64,000 nt of DNA, taken from Diplonema japonicum. Its lineage: Eukaryota > Protista > Euglenozoa: Diplonemea. Location: assembly GCA_964019335.1 (NCBI GenBank), contig OZ025676.1, forward strand, positions 434,001 to 498,000, in the 5' to 3' direction. Position numbers and translations under genes: made by a program. Of the stretch, positions 34,417-45,274 are shown in pieces (the stretch's first letter is position 1; every line of letters begins with the position of its first letter). The notes below the pieces were generated by a model. It made no database searches. It had not been told where the DNA came from and was given only the letters and a program-made list of their open reading frames with translations.

Positions 34417-37002
34417 TTACCTCATAACACACCCGTTGACGATGTCCCAGCATCCGTTCCATTTAGCTTGCGGGGGGTCCCTCTTGAGCGCCAGGCATCT
34501 TGCAAAAAAAACCTCGCTGACAGGATCCCGGTAGAGTTCCGCAACGTCGTGGAACATGTTAGATGCATGGTGCCAGTTGCGGCAGCGGTACGCCTCGAGA
34601 GCTTCCGCGAGACATTTCTGCAACTTCTCCTGCAAAGGCGACACAGGAACGGATGTTGGTCCGAGCACTTCAAACACAGGAAAGGGACCTGGATGCAAGG
34701 GGTCGTTGAAGCAAACTTTGTCGATATCTCGTATGTAGAAAGATTTATTGAGTGCTTCAAGCGTCGTATTTGATACCAAAACAGATGCCCTGTAGTACAC
34801 AGCGGCAGTGCTTAAGTGTTTAGACATGTCAGCGACTGGGCCTTCGCACTCGTAGTTGTCGCCTGACATCCCGCACATGACTGTCCCCGTGTGCACGCCA
34901 ATGTGGAATTCGTCCTTTGTAACGCGTCGCAGGTCGATGCAAAGCTTCACAGCAGTTTCCGCATCGTCCGACTTCGGGAACGGTAGGCCGATCACTATGA
35001 CGACGGCGTCGCCCTGCCACCTGCACACGACACCTCCATACCGCTTCGCTTGCTTTCTCGCTTGCTCTACCAGCATTGATCTCTTCTCAAATAGTATATG
35101 AGGGGTATGGTAATGCTTCTTCAGGTTGAATGGCACCGTCACGACCGTCCCCCGTAAGGACCGTGTCTGTATCAAGCTTTGGTCGCTGCGAGCTATCCAA
35201 CAAATATCGTTGGACGCGTTCGCCTGCAGCAACAGGCTAGGCATTAACGACGGTGCAAGCACGGACAGAAACAGCCCGTACCTGTTCTCGCCCAAGGGCA
35301 CCACGGCGTACTTTACTGCGACGTGATCGGTGGGCGAGGTCCTCAGCTGGTATATCTCGACGATTGCCGTGTTTGTCTCTCTGATGGCTTCCGCTATGGA
35401 CGACAGAAACCTTGAGTTGAAGGTGATCGCTGTCTTGTCACTCGGAGCGGGAAACCACTTGCTGACATGTTTCCCCATTAGGTCGTTGGGGTGTACGCCC
35501 AGCGGGTTGTCCTCAGCCATGTGCACCTCCACGGCCACCATGTCACCGTCGAGTACCACGCAGTACACATCCACAGCAGACAGGACGCTCATGAGGCGCT
35601 TCATCCCTGTCTTGTGCTCCTTGCAGGTTTCGTTGTGCTGCAAGACAAATGAAAGCTGCATTGCAAAAGCCATCCCAGCTAGCTCGTCGGTCTCATTGAA
35701 GACACTGCCGTCTGTTTTGTTGAGCACCTCAAGCACACCGATCACCTTCCCCCCGCTGTGCCGTTTGATGGGAATGCACAGCACTGACGTTGTGTTAAAC
35801 CCAGTCACCCTGTCCACTTCTGTATTGAAGCGTGGGTCTAAGTATGCCGACGGGATGTTCACCAGGGTGCCTGTCTCGAGGACGACGCCCACCACGCCGC
35901 CCTTGCTGGGAATTTTGAGGACGGTGCCGTCAGGGAGCGTGCACATGAGGCGTGAGCTGTCTTTACCGTCGTACAGGAACACACCACAACGTTCCGCACG
36001 CAGCAGCTTCTTCGCATGCTCGTCGACGACGTGCATTATTTCCTCCACTGCAGTGTGCTCGATGCTGAAGCAAGACGACGACTCTAGGAAGGACGTGAGC
36101 TGTGTCTTCATCCCCTTCAGCTCACTCTTCTCCATGCATGACGTCAGACATGCGGATGCCTGTTGCCCCAGTGCCTCGAGCAATGCTTGGTCGGTACCTG
36201 TGAACTTCCGATAGCCGCCTGTCTTGTTGATAGCTGTTAGCATCCCGATGACTTCTGTGCCTGGTGGGCCCGTGGACTCTTCCTCACTGTCGGAGTACGC
36301 GGGATCAGCGTCCATCCAAAGGTTCTTCCCCGTCATCGTCCGCATCAGCGGTATGGACAGCAGTTCAGTACAGTTCTTCCCGAAGAGGATCTGGTCCTGT
36401 TTGACCTGCGTGGTGTGGACACCAAAGCTGACGTGGATCTTTTGCTTGTGGACGATGACTTTTTTGGCCAGACCAGAACCGGGACACACACGTGAGGTGG
36501 GTGTGAGTGGGTGGTAGAGAAGGTTCGCCTTTGAGCTATAGACGTGAAGAACAGCATTTTCGCAGTGCAGTTGATGGCGGGTGGCAGCCACGATGTAAGC
36601 ATAGAGCTCGTCAATAGAGAAACCTTGCGAGATGGCAACAAAGCCTTTTGCACGCTTGAACTGGAACAGCAGCTCCTTAAGATGCATGTTCCGCTCAGAA
36701 GAGACAAGACAGTCGAGCTTCCCTACAAATTCGACATCACTGATCTTGTCATATATCACTTGCTGCACGAGATGTCCAGCGACGGCAGGGTGTGATGGTG
36801 ACTGCGGGCTTTTTGGAGACGGCGGTGTTCTTCGCTGCGGTGACCCCAGGACCCTCTTTCGCAAAGGTACGTAGCTGTTCCCGCTAACCGCTATCCCATC
36901 GCTTTCTTTCTTTCTTCTTTTCCATGGGGACGTAGCCCGCATTCTCATCTTCGATATGTATGGTCGATCATTTGGAGGGGATGTTGGCCGCACGGGTTTC
37001 AT
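34417..37002 (-). CDS. GAF-GAF-PAS class III nucleotide cyclase-like protein with TPR-like tail, catalytically degenerate
   Basis: GAF motifs (AYLDPRFNTEVDRVTGFNTTSVLCIPI…VIGVLEVLNK…FNETDE), cyclase-like QGDAVVIVIG and IGVHTG motifs, and tail PPQAKWNGCW. Confidence 0.8.
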   Translation of the reverse strand: MKPVRPTSPPNDRPYISKMRMRATSPWKRRKKESDGIAVSGNSYVPLRKRVLGSPQRRTPPSPKSPQSPSHPAVAGHLVQQVIYDKISDVEFVGKLDCLVSSERNMHLKELLFQFKRAKGFVAISQGFSIDELYAYIVAATRHQLHCENAVLHVYSSKANLLYHPLTPTSRVCPGSGLAKKVIVHKQKIHVSFGVHTTQVKQDQILFGKNCTELLSIPLMRTMTGKNLWMDADPAYSDSEEESTGPPGTEVIGMLTAINKTGGYRKFTGTDQALLEALGQQASACLTSCMEKSELKGMKTQLTSFLESSSCFSIEHTAVEEIMHVVDEHAKKLLRAERCGVFLYDGKDSSRLMCTLPDGTVLKIPSKGGVVGVVLETGTLVNIPSAYLDPRFNTEVDRVTGFNTTSVLCIPIKRHSGGKVIGVLEVLNKTDGSVFNETDELAGMAFAMQLSFVLQHNETCKEHKTGMKRLMSVLSAVDVYCVVLDGDMVAVEVHMAEDNPLGVHPNDLMGKHVSKWFPAPSDKTAITFNSRFLSSIAEAIRETNTAIVEIYQLRTSPTDHVAVKYAVVPLGENRYGLFLSVLAPSLMPSLLLQANASNDICWIARSDQSLIQTRSLRGTVVTVPFNLKKHYHTPHILFEKRSMLVEQARKQAKRYGGVVCRWQGDAVVIVIGLPFPKSDDAETAVKLCIDLRRVTKDEFHIGVHTGTVMCGMSGDNYECEGPVADMSKHLSTAAVYYRASVLVSNTTLEALNKSFYIRDIDKVCFNDPLHPGPFPVFEVLGPTSVPVSPLQEKLQKCLAEALEAYRCRNWHHASNMFHDVAELYRDPVSEVFFARCLALKRDPPQAKWNGCWDIVNGCVMR

Positions 37003-37396
37003 GGTGATGATGGGCTCATCGTTTTGCTGTGTGTGTGTGGGGGGGGGGCTTTTTTATTTTTTAATGCAGTGAGAGTGATTTGAATAAAAAAGTTTGAGTC
37101 TGTACGCGTGTGAGATTTCAAGTGACGATTTTTGGAAAATTGTATTTTTTTTTTTTTTTGAAAAATCTCGGTACGTGTTTGCAAACTTAAACTTAAATAA
37201 GAAGAGGGAAGGGGTACAACTGGAACAAAAAAGATTCGATCAAAAAGGATATACTATACCCCCCCCCCCCCCCCCCCCCTCTCTCCTTTTAACCAACGGT
37301 GTGTTTTTCTTTTTCCTTATTCTTAAAAAAGAACCAGATAGCTGAGCAAAACAAGCAAAAGAAAAAAACCATAAACACAAACCAAAGTTTTTTTTT

Positions 37397-38787
37397 TTTA
37401 TTTCACAGTTTATTTCTAAATTCTCAAAGAGCGGGGAACGTAAAGTAGGGTATTTTTCCCCCGGGCAAATAAACTTTTAAGCCAAATTTAACAGGGCGGG
37501 GAAATAAACTAACATAATTCTTCCAGCTCTTTTTTTTATCAAAGATGCCAAAAAGCAAGAAGGTCAAGCGCATGGAAGAGATCTATGAGTCAAACACATA
37601 TAAGAACCCTTCCTATGAAAAAGCGTGGACTGCGATGCTCGAGTCAGAGAACATAGCAGGGAAGCCGCGTGAGCAAGATATCGTGAGCTTCCAAAGCAGG
37701 AGGGAAGCCGGGCTCAAGGCATCGAGCCTCTGGTGTCTTTACTCCAAATTGAACGCAACCTTCAAAGCCAAGTACAACTGCAAACTACAAGCTTGGCCTC
37801 GCTTGACGTCTTTGTTAAAGTCCTGGGACCGTAACGAAGAGCGTCACGTGGCTGCCACTTTCAAATGACGAGGTTCAAGATTATATTGAACAAAAAAAAG
37901 GGACCGCTACCGCCGCTATCGTTGCTTGCATGTTTAGCGGGGGCATGAGAGCTTGCGAAGTGGCGTCGATGGAAATCAGCGACATTGTTAAGAATCAAGT
38001 TGATGGGAGTTTTATCTGCACCGCAGCACGTTCAAAGACGGGTGGGCACACAAAATTCCACATGTCTGGCATTTATGCATCAGCAATGGACCAGTACTTG
38101 TTGCTACGACCTAAGAAAGAGACCAAGCGTCTGTTCCTTTCGGAGAGAGGAACGCCCATTGGCAAAAACAAGGTATACAAACTGGGGTACGATGTGGCAT
38201 CCGTCATCGGAAAGCCCGCCAATGAGATATCCAAGTTTACGTCACACACTTTTCGACGTTCTGCGGCCACAGCTGCTGCTGAAAACGGCGCATCTATCTC
38301 CATGATGCAATCACATTTTGGATGGAGAAACACAAGCATGCCAGCAATGTACGTGAACAGAGCACAAGCAGTGCGCAACACATGGCAGGACTTTTGAGTC
38401 AAATACAGACCAGCCCAGGACCAGGAAGCCCAAGCCAGTCACAGGACGTCAACATCAATATCAACCGCACACGCCAGGAGTAGATAGTACCCACTCCACC
38501 CCTTTTTTCTTTTCTTTTGCCATTTTTATTTTTTCATTCTACAAACAAGCGTGATAGTCCAGCGTATTCCGGAGTCCACGTCCCGCTCTTTGAGAATTTA
38601 GGCCTCGGGAAAATAAACTGTAAATAAAACGCCGTATTCCGGGGTAAAGTAGGGTTTACCTTTTCCCTCGACAGATTGTCCTGGCTCCTCGGAACCAATT
38701 TTTACCGAGCGAAGCGAGGTAAAAATTATGTCCTCGGGAGCCACAATCTGTCTCGGGGAAATAAACCTACTTTATTGCCCCGGAATA
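37397..38787 (+). mobile_element. Tyrosine-recombinase DNA element (Crypton-like) with inverted repeats and a terminal palindrome
   Basis: YR gene flanked by a perfect 20-bp inverted repeat (37416-37435 / 38582-38601) with outer extension; ~150-bp palindrome at 38635-38787. It is the only plus-strand gene in the window. Confidence 0.7.
37545..38483 (+). pseudogene. Tyrosine recombinase/integrase, frameshifted near 37860 and probably near 38381
   Basis: Catalytic set R (GGMRACE), K (RSKT), HxxR (HTFRRS), H/W (HFGW) and Y (AMYV). The upstream ORF joins as …AATF-SNDEVQDYI if 2 nt are restored. The C-tail continues in a shifted frame to TAG at 38481-38483. Confidence 0.85.
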
Positions 38788-38923
38788 AATAGTTATTTTT
38801 TTTTCCTTCTGTTGAAATATTACACATTTGGAATATAGTGAAAGGGGGAAGTTAGATTGGCAAGTTTTAGGAGGTGCTAAAAACAAACTTTTTTATTCAT
38901 CTTCTTCTTTTTTTTTCTTCTCT

Positions 38924-39286
38924 CTATTTTACTTCGTCCAGGTGAACAGGCCCTTGCGCCTGCTGGATAGCTAGAAGAATCTGCTCGTAGCAGTCTTTAT
39001 GGATCTACGATAGATTTTGAGAAAGAGAGGGGAGAAAAAAAAAATGTACATACTTCATAACTAATATCACCATGTTCACCATGGCCTCCAACTTGTATCT
39101 TAACATTCATCTTGTTTTTCGAAACCTTTTTTTTTTTTTTTTTTTTTGTTTTTTTGTTTTGTGTATTCCCTATACCTGGTTAATCTTATTCACATTGATT
39201 AAATACACGTCGCCTGTCTGAGTGTTGGTAATCTCGATGAAATTTCTGCAAGGGGCGACTGCCTTCACTGGTGGCGTGTTTCCCAT
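38924..39286 (-). CDS. Small 3-exon protein (87 aa, MG start), missed by the ORF track
   Basis: Exons 39286-39176, 39125-39054 and 39004-38924, with phase-0 GT-AG introns, give MGNTPPVKAVAPCRNFIEITNTQTGDVYLINVNKINQVSKNKMNVKIQVGGHGEHGDISYEIHKDCYEQILLAIQQAQGPVHLDEVK*. Confidence 0.7.
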
Positions 39287-39377
39287 TTTTTTTTTTTTTT
39301 TTGATTCTCCTTTCCCTGTTTTTCTCTTTTAGAAAAAAAAAAAAAAAAAAATGGAATTACCGGTATTTCGGGGTACT

Positions 39378-40233
39378 TCTCCCACGGGTTCTCCCATGGT
39401 AGACCGACTGAGAACACAGCAAACCATGGAATAATACCCGCGGTGGGATCTGACACAAAAATTCCAACGTTCTCTCCCACGGGTTCTCCCATGGAAGACT
39501 GATGGGTAGAAACAGCAAACCATGGAATAATACCCGCGGTGGGCTAGCTCAACATTTTCTCTTCTTACTTTTCTCTCCCACGGGTTCTCCCATGGTAGAC
39601 CGACTGAAGAAAACAGCAAACCATGGAATAATACCCGCGGTGGGTAAATTCAGCGTTTTCCCCCTTTTTACTTTTCTCCCACGGGTTCTCCCATGGAAGA
39701 CTGACGGGTAGCAGCAAACCATGGAATAATACCCGAGGTGGGTAAACTCCTATCTTACTTTTCTCCCACGGGTTCTCCCATGGTAGACCGACTGAAGAAA
39801 ACAGCAAACCATGGAATAATACCCGCGGTGGTGGGATCCAAACATTAAAAGATAGACATTCCAATGTACTCTCCCACGGGTTCTCCCATGGAAGACTGAT
39901 GGGTAGAAACAGCAAACCATGGAATAATACCCGCGGTGGGCTAGCTCTTCTAACTTCTCCACGGGTTCTCCCATGGTAGACCGACTGAATAAAAACAGCA
40001 AACCATGGAATAATACCCGCGGTGGGTAAACTCAAAACTTCTCCGATCTTACTTTTCTCCCACGGGTTCTCCCATGGTAGACCGACTGAAGAAAACAGCA
40101 AACCATGGAATAATACCCGCGGTGGTGGTATCCGAACAAAAAAAGACAGACATTCCAACTTGCTCTCCCACGGGTTCTCCCATGGAAGACTGATGGGTAG
40201 AAACAGCGAACCATGGAATAATACCCGCGGTGG
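39378..40233. repeat. Array of 9 conserved ~70-bp hairpin units separated by variable 15-40 bp linkers
   Basis: Core CTCCCACGGGTTCTCCCATGG-[A or B loop]-CAGCAAACCATGGAATAATACCCGCGGTGG repeated 9 times. Confidence 0.95.
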
Positions 40234-40328
40234 TATAGTAGTCGGTGATAGGATACTAATGGGGGTATACAATAACTACAGGGAGAAGAAGAAAAAACAT
40301 ACAAGGAAAATAAACAGGAAAAGGATAG

Positions 40329-42552
40329 TTAGTTCAAGTGGGGGACGAGCTCCATCGCGCGTTTGAGGTACTTTTCACCCGATGTGAAACACTCCTGCCG
40401 CTTCTTTTCGCACCAGGCGGAGCGCTCTTGGTGGTACTTGAGCTGCCCCTCTGCGTACTCCATGATGTCTTGCTCTGTTAGCGTCACGGTAAAATCAGGG
40501 TACAGCGCCTCTAGCTTCGCAAGGACGTGCTCCGATGAGCACTTGGCCAGCTCTGCCCGTGCCTTAGCTACATATGCCTCAGCACACTTCTCACAGTAAA
40601 GAGCCTTTTTGATCAATTTGCGGAATTGCGAGTCATAGTTGGGTGTGGCAACCGCTGTTACAATTACTTCCTCCTTCTGCTGTCTTGCCACGTGTCCGTG
40701 TTGTGCCTGCTGCCGTTCTGCCTTCTGTTTAGCTGCTTTTTCTTCCAACGCCCTTGTTATGCCCGCTGGCAGAGCTGGCTTCTTAATGCTCTTCATCTCC
40801 TTCTGAATAATAGGGTCCTCCGGCGTGGGGCTTATCGAGTTGAAGTCCTCACTGGTAGGTTTACTCGGCGACCTGGCGTCAGGGTCATAGTGCGGTGGTG
40901 TGCTGAAGTCGCCCTTCTCGTCAGGCAGCGTCACCACCGCCTTCCTGGCCTGCTCCTGCACATGTTTGAACGTGAAGCCTCGTGAGTCATCAACTGCTTG
41001 CAGCAGCTCTGGTGTCTTGGGTACTGGTGTCCTCGCAGGAGTGACGCTCCCCAAGTCGATCTGCCGAGTCACTGACGACACCACCTGTGGCTTCTGCACC
41101 GGGGGCGACGGGACGCTTAGCACTGTGGGCAATTCAACAGGCTTCGGGGGCGGGGGGCGCACAGGGGACACCACGTCTTCTATGGGTCCACCCAATGTGT
41201 TCATGCACTGGCTGATGATCTCCTGAGGGTTGCTTGAGCTGGTCAACTGGACATACCTGCGAAGCTTCCGGATACAAGGTTTCCATCTCTATTTTAAGGA
41301 ACTCAAGATCCGACTTCGTCCGAAGCAGGTTGCTTTGCATCGAAGCTAGGCTGGTTTGGTTCTGCTTCAGCTCCTCCTGTACAAATAGTAGTTTGTGTGT
41401 TCAGCATACCTCAGTGCGTATCTTGTCCTTCCGAAGCGTTTCGCTACTGTTGCTGGTGAGCTGCAGGAGCTGTGTCACGGCGTCAAGCTGCCCATCTTTC
41501 TGAGCAGAGGACTGCTTGGTGCTTTCAAGCTCCTTGCGGGTGGATTCTAGGAGCTTCTTAGTTTCCCGGAGCTCGCTCTCAAGGGGTTTGAGCCCCTTGC
41601 GGTCCCAGTGGTATAGAGCAGCGGACCGTTCTACCTCCGTGACCTCCACGGTGTCGAGGTACTTGATGGAGAGGCCAGCGTAGGCGCCTATGGAGCGGTA
41701 GTGGGAGTGCGCACACATAGGGTTCTCACGAAGATCAAGGTAGATAAGGTTGACGAGACCGCGGAGGTGGTGTAAGTCGTCGAGGGAGGCGAGACGGTTG
41801 TGGGACATACAAAGAGCCTCGAGGGTCGGGGGGAAGGTGTTCGGGGGAGGGATGTGCTCGATGAAGTTCCCGCTGAGGTTGAGATCCTTTAGCCGTATGA
41901 GATGCGAGATGTTCTCCACCCTCTGCAGCCTGTTGTGCGAGAGGTCCAGCACAGTGAGGTTCTGCAAAGGCTGCAGCCCCTCGATCTTGGAGAACGCGTG
42001 GTTGGTGGCGACGAGCGTTTTTAAATTCCGCAGCCCGCCGAGGTTCTCAATACGAACAAATTCTTCTCCAATACCACTGCACTTGAGGTTCAGGCTCTCC
42101 GCATCGCTTAGCAGCGCGTTCGAACGATGCTCTTGCTTCCTGACAAGCTTCAGAACGTACTCCGATGTTACATAACACCGTATGGTGTGACCGACACTGC
42201 GGGAGAGGTCTTTGTAAGTCGCAGAGGTCACTGGCGAGGCTGCTGTACTGTGGACGGGCGTTGCTTTCTTCACCGTAGTCGCCTTGTGCGGAGACTCTTT
42301 CACACGGTTCTTAGGACTTGGTGTGCTCGGTGGGCTGTGTCCTTCGCATTCACCGTTTGGCAGCGTGCACACTGCGCATCTTGTCTGCCGTTGTACAAGT
42401 GGCTTTCTCCCTCTACTTGGCGTCGGCGGGCTTTTCACAACTTGCTTTCGCACTACTTTCTTTTCATCGTCCGACAGTTCGCTGACACGACGCATCGCTT
42501 TCCCGTTGCCTGCTTTTGTCGGGGTCTGCGCGGGAATCCGTGTGGTCGTCAT
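40329..42552 (-). CDS. SDS22-type leucine-rich repeat plus coiled-coil protein, 3 exons
   Basis: LRRs (LTVLDLSHNRLQRVENI, LKDLNLSGNFIEHI, LDLRENP cap); introns 41377-41409 and 41223-41256 join the ORFs in frame. Confidence 0.85.
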
Positions 42553-42675
42553 GTCTAATGACACCCCATAATGTCCCCTTGGATTTTTTATTTGTACGAT
42601 TTGTGTCGTGTATAAAGAAGGGGAAAGAAACACTTTTGGGGAAAAAAGAAACAAAATAAACAAACAATTTTTTCT

Positions 42676-43167
42676 CTACTCAGCCTTTCTCTTTCTGTGT
42701 ATGGTAGGGTTGCGGTACTCGGGCAGCGCACCGAAGAAAAACATGCTGAAGTTGATCGCGTGGAACGTCGCGCACACAATGCAGAAGTCTTTCAAGACTA
42801 CCTTCAGAACGTACAGCAAGTAGCAAGAGAAGCCGATACCAGCAATGGAGATGAGAAGAAGGAGGATTTCAGGTTTCGGTAGCATCCTGAAAACCCTTGT
42901 TGGATACAGGCAGTAGACACCATAATTGAGAAGCCCGCAAAGGGCGAGAGACAGGTCCAAGGGGCTCCCCTTGGGGACCAGCCCCCAGAAAGATAAAATG
43001 TGAGCGTATTCACTGCTGAACACCGCACTACAGCTTCCCCACGAGCTGTCACATGCAGGTTTGTAAAAAGGCCCGGCGCTCTTCAATTTCCACTCTACGT
43101 CCATGGCGTAGGCTGATACTAGGACGCCTGCTATGCCAAGGCACACAATAACGTACGGGTTGCCCAT
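42676..43167 (-). CDS. Vitamin K epoxide reductase family protein
   Basis: Loop cysteines CDSSWGSCSAVFSS, TM helices and active-site CIVC; start MGNPY at 43165-43167. Confidence 0.9.
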   Translation of the reverse strand: MGNPYVIVCLGIAGVLVSAYAMDVEWKLKSAGPFYKPACDSSWGSCSAVFSSEYAHILSFWGLVPKGSPLDLSLALCGLLNYGVYCLYPTRVFRMLPKPEILLLLISIAGIGFSCYLLYVLKVVLKDFCIVCATFHAINFSMFFFGALPEYRNPTIHRKRKAE

Positions 43168-45242
43168 TAATAGTATCCCCCCCCCCCCCCCCCCCCTCCT
43201 GGAGAATAAAAATGAAGGTATGGAAAAAAAAAAAAAAAAGTGGGAGACAAACGAAAGACACAGGGAAAGAGGGGGGTAAAAAAAAATACATAACCAAACA
43301 GATCTTGTTTCACGGCCAAAGAAAAAAAAATATAATGGTACCACTGCTCTTTTTTTTTTTTTTCTTCCTTTTTTTTTTTTTTTTTTTACAACATCCCGGA
43401 GCTTCTCTTTTTTATTTATTTTCTTTCTATTCTTTTTTAAATTGTGTCGAAGATGGTGGGGGAAGGGGGTTAGAGAGAATTTTTTTTTAAATGTTTTTTT
43501 TAGCCCCCTTTTTACTGTCTCTTCAAGCAACACGTTTACTTGAGCGAACTTCAAAAAAAATATTTTTTTTTTTTGACGCGAGGGCACAAAAAAAAATTGT
43601 TTCTTTAGCCTACCGGCCTAGTTAGGTTTAGCCCTGCCGTCCCAGCCGAGGGCTCTGACAGGTGCACACGGCTGTGGTCAGACTACGGTGCAGCTTGCCG
43701 AATCACGGCCCCCTCCGTGACCCGTGTGGCTGAACCCCCCGAATTCATCGCCATCTATATTGCCGTGAGCATTAACAAAAAAAAACTTTATTTTTTATGA
43801 CTTATGTCTTTTTATTTGTTGTTCGCAAGAGTAATATTTTTTTTTTTTATACTATTGTTTCTCTTTTCTTGCTCAGTACAATGTTGCATAAGGTGATCAA
43901 AAAAATAAATAAATAAAACAGAAGGGGGGGAAAAAAAAGAAACAAAGGAGGAAATTCGTTTTCTTTTTCCCTTCAGAAAATTGCAAGAGGGGGCGTGCCT
44001 GCACATTTTCAAATAGCAAAGGCAGAATAAGAGTAAAAGGAAGGGGGGGGGGGAGGGGAAAAGGCGTCTTAAGTACGAGGGGGGGGGGGGGGGGGGCCTC
44101 AATTCGAGCACTCAGTCTGAAATCTACCTCTAGAGACAAAGGGGGTAAATGGGAACAGGGGCGGGGGGCGGAAAAAAACTGATTTTAAAAGCCAAGGGGC
44201 GAGTGAGCTTTTTCATTTATGATATCCTGTATATAAAACGAAAAGAAAAATCCAGCCGCTGCCAGCCTGGCTCAAACAGCAACGGACTTCCTTGAAATGA
44301 TTTACCCTAAGGTGGTGCCTTCACATTCGACCCTTGAACATAAAGACAGTTTTTTTGTCCCCCTCCTTTTTTTTTTCCCTTCAATGGAAACGTGTATCAA
44401 GTGTTTTTTTTTGGGGGGGGGAAAGGGAAGTGAGGTGTGGGTCTTTTTTTTTTTTCCCTTCTGAACACACCACATGTAGAGGGGGCGCTTGGAAAAGAGA
44501 AAAAAAAAAGAGGGAAAAAAAAAAAAAAAAAAAAAAAAAAAACAAGTACGGTTTTTTTTTTTTAATTTTTTTTTATTCCCCCCTTTTTTTCTTCAAGCTA
44601 GGAAGCACGTTGCCAAGCGATAGGAATCGACACACATAAAGCACACAAAACCACAAACAAGAGAAAACACGCATACAACCCCCGCAAAAGGCCGAGGATG
44701 AGAAAGCAGGGAGAGGAAGCACCACGGAGAAAAGCCAACAAGTGCATAGTACCTTTTGTTCCAGCAGCAGGGAACATAGCCCCCTTGTAGCGCTGGCCTG
44801 GCTGGACTGAGGTACTTCGAAGATGGTTGGATAATGGTAGATGCAGATTAATTTTTTTTTTTTTTTGATATAAGAAAGAGAAGGAGGGGGAAAAAAAAAA
44901 GAAACAAAACACAGAAGACTTACTGATCACCCTCCCTTGACCCCTCCAGTTTTTTTGTTTGCCGCATTTTTTTTTGTAGTATCAACAAAGTTGCCTCGTA
45001 TAGTGGCTATTAAGAAAGAAAAAAAAAACATGGGAGTGGGTGTGGTGGTGGGGGAAGAGAGAGAAACCAAAGAAACTTACTACCTTGCGGTGTGGCCTTT
45101 TTGTGTACCCGTGTTTTTTTTTTTCCCCCTCTTCTTTTTCTCTTTTCCTATCTGCCCCCCCCCCCCCCCCCCCCCCAACAGCCAATTAAGGCGGTTTTTT
45201 TATCTTTCTTCCTTTGTCGCTTTTTTTTTTTCCTTTTTCTCA

Positions 45243-45274
<32 letters not shown>

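Noticed and set aside
37860-37869. Programmed +1 frameshift at TTC-AAA-TGA in the YR
   Set aside because: A 2-nt deletion restoring F-S-N-D-E-V fits typical YR spacing better, and a second probable shift exists; decay or sequencing error is simpler.
39595-39625. Hammerhead ribozyme (CTGAAGA…AAAC)
   Set aside because: No stem II between CUGANGA and GAAA, and B-type units lack the core.
39378-40233. Bona fide CRISPR array
   Set aside because: Repeats are ~70 bp, linkers fall into three related classes rather than unique spacers, there are no cas genes, and the context is eukaryotic.
39265-40366. ORFs across the repeat array (e.g. 39565-40272)
   Set aside because: Translation of repeats with frames wandering between units; no coding signature.
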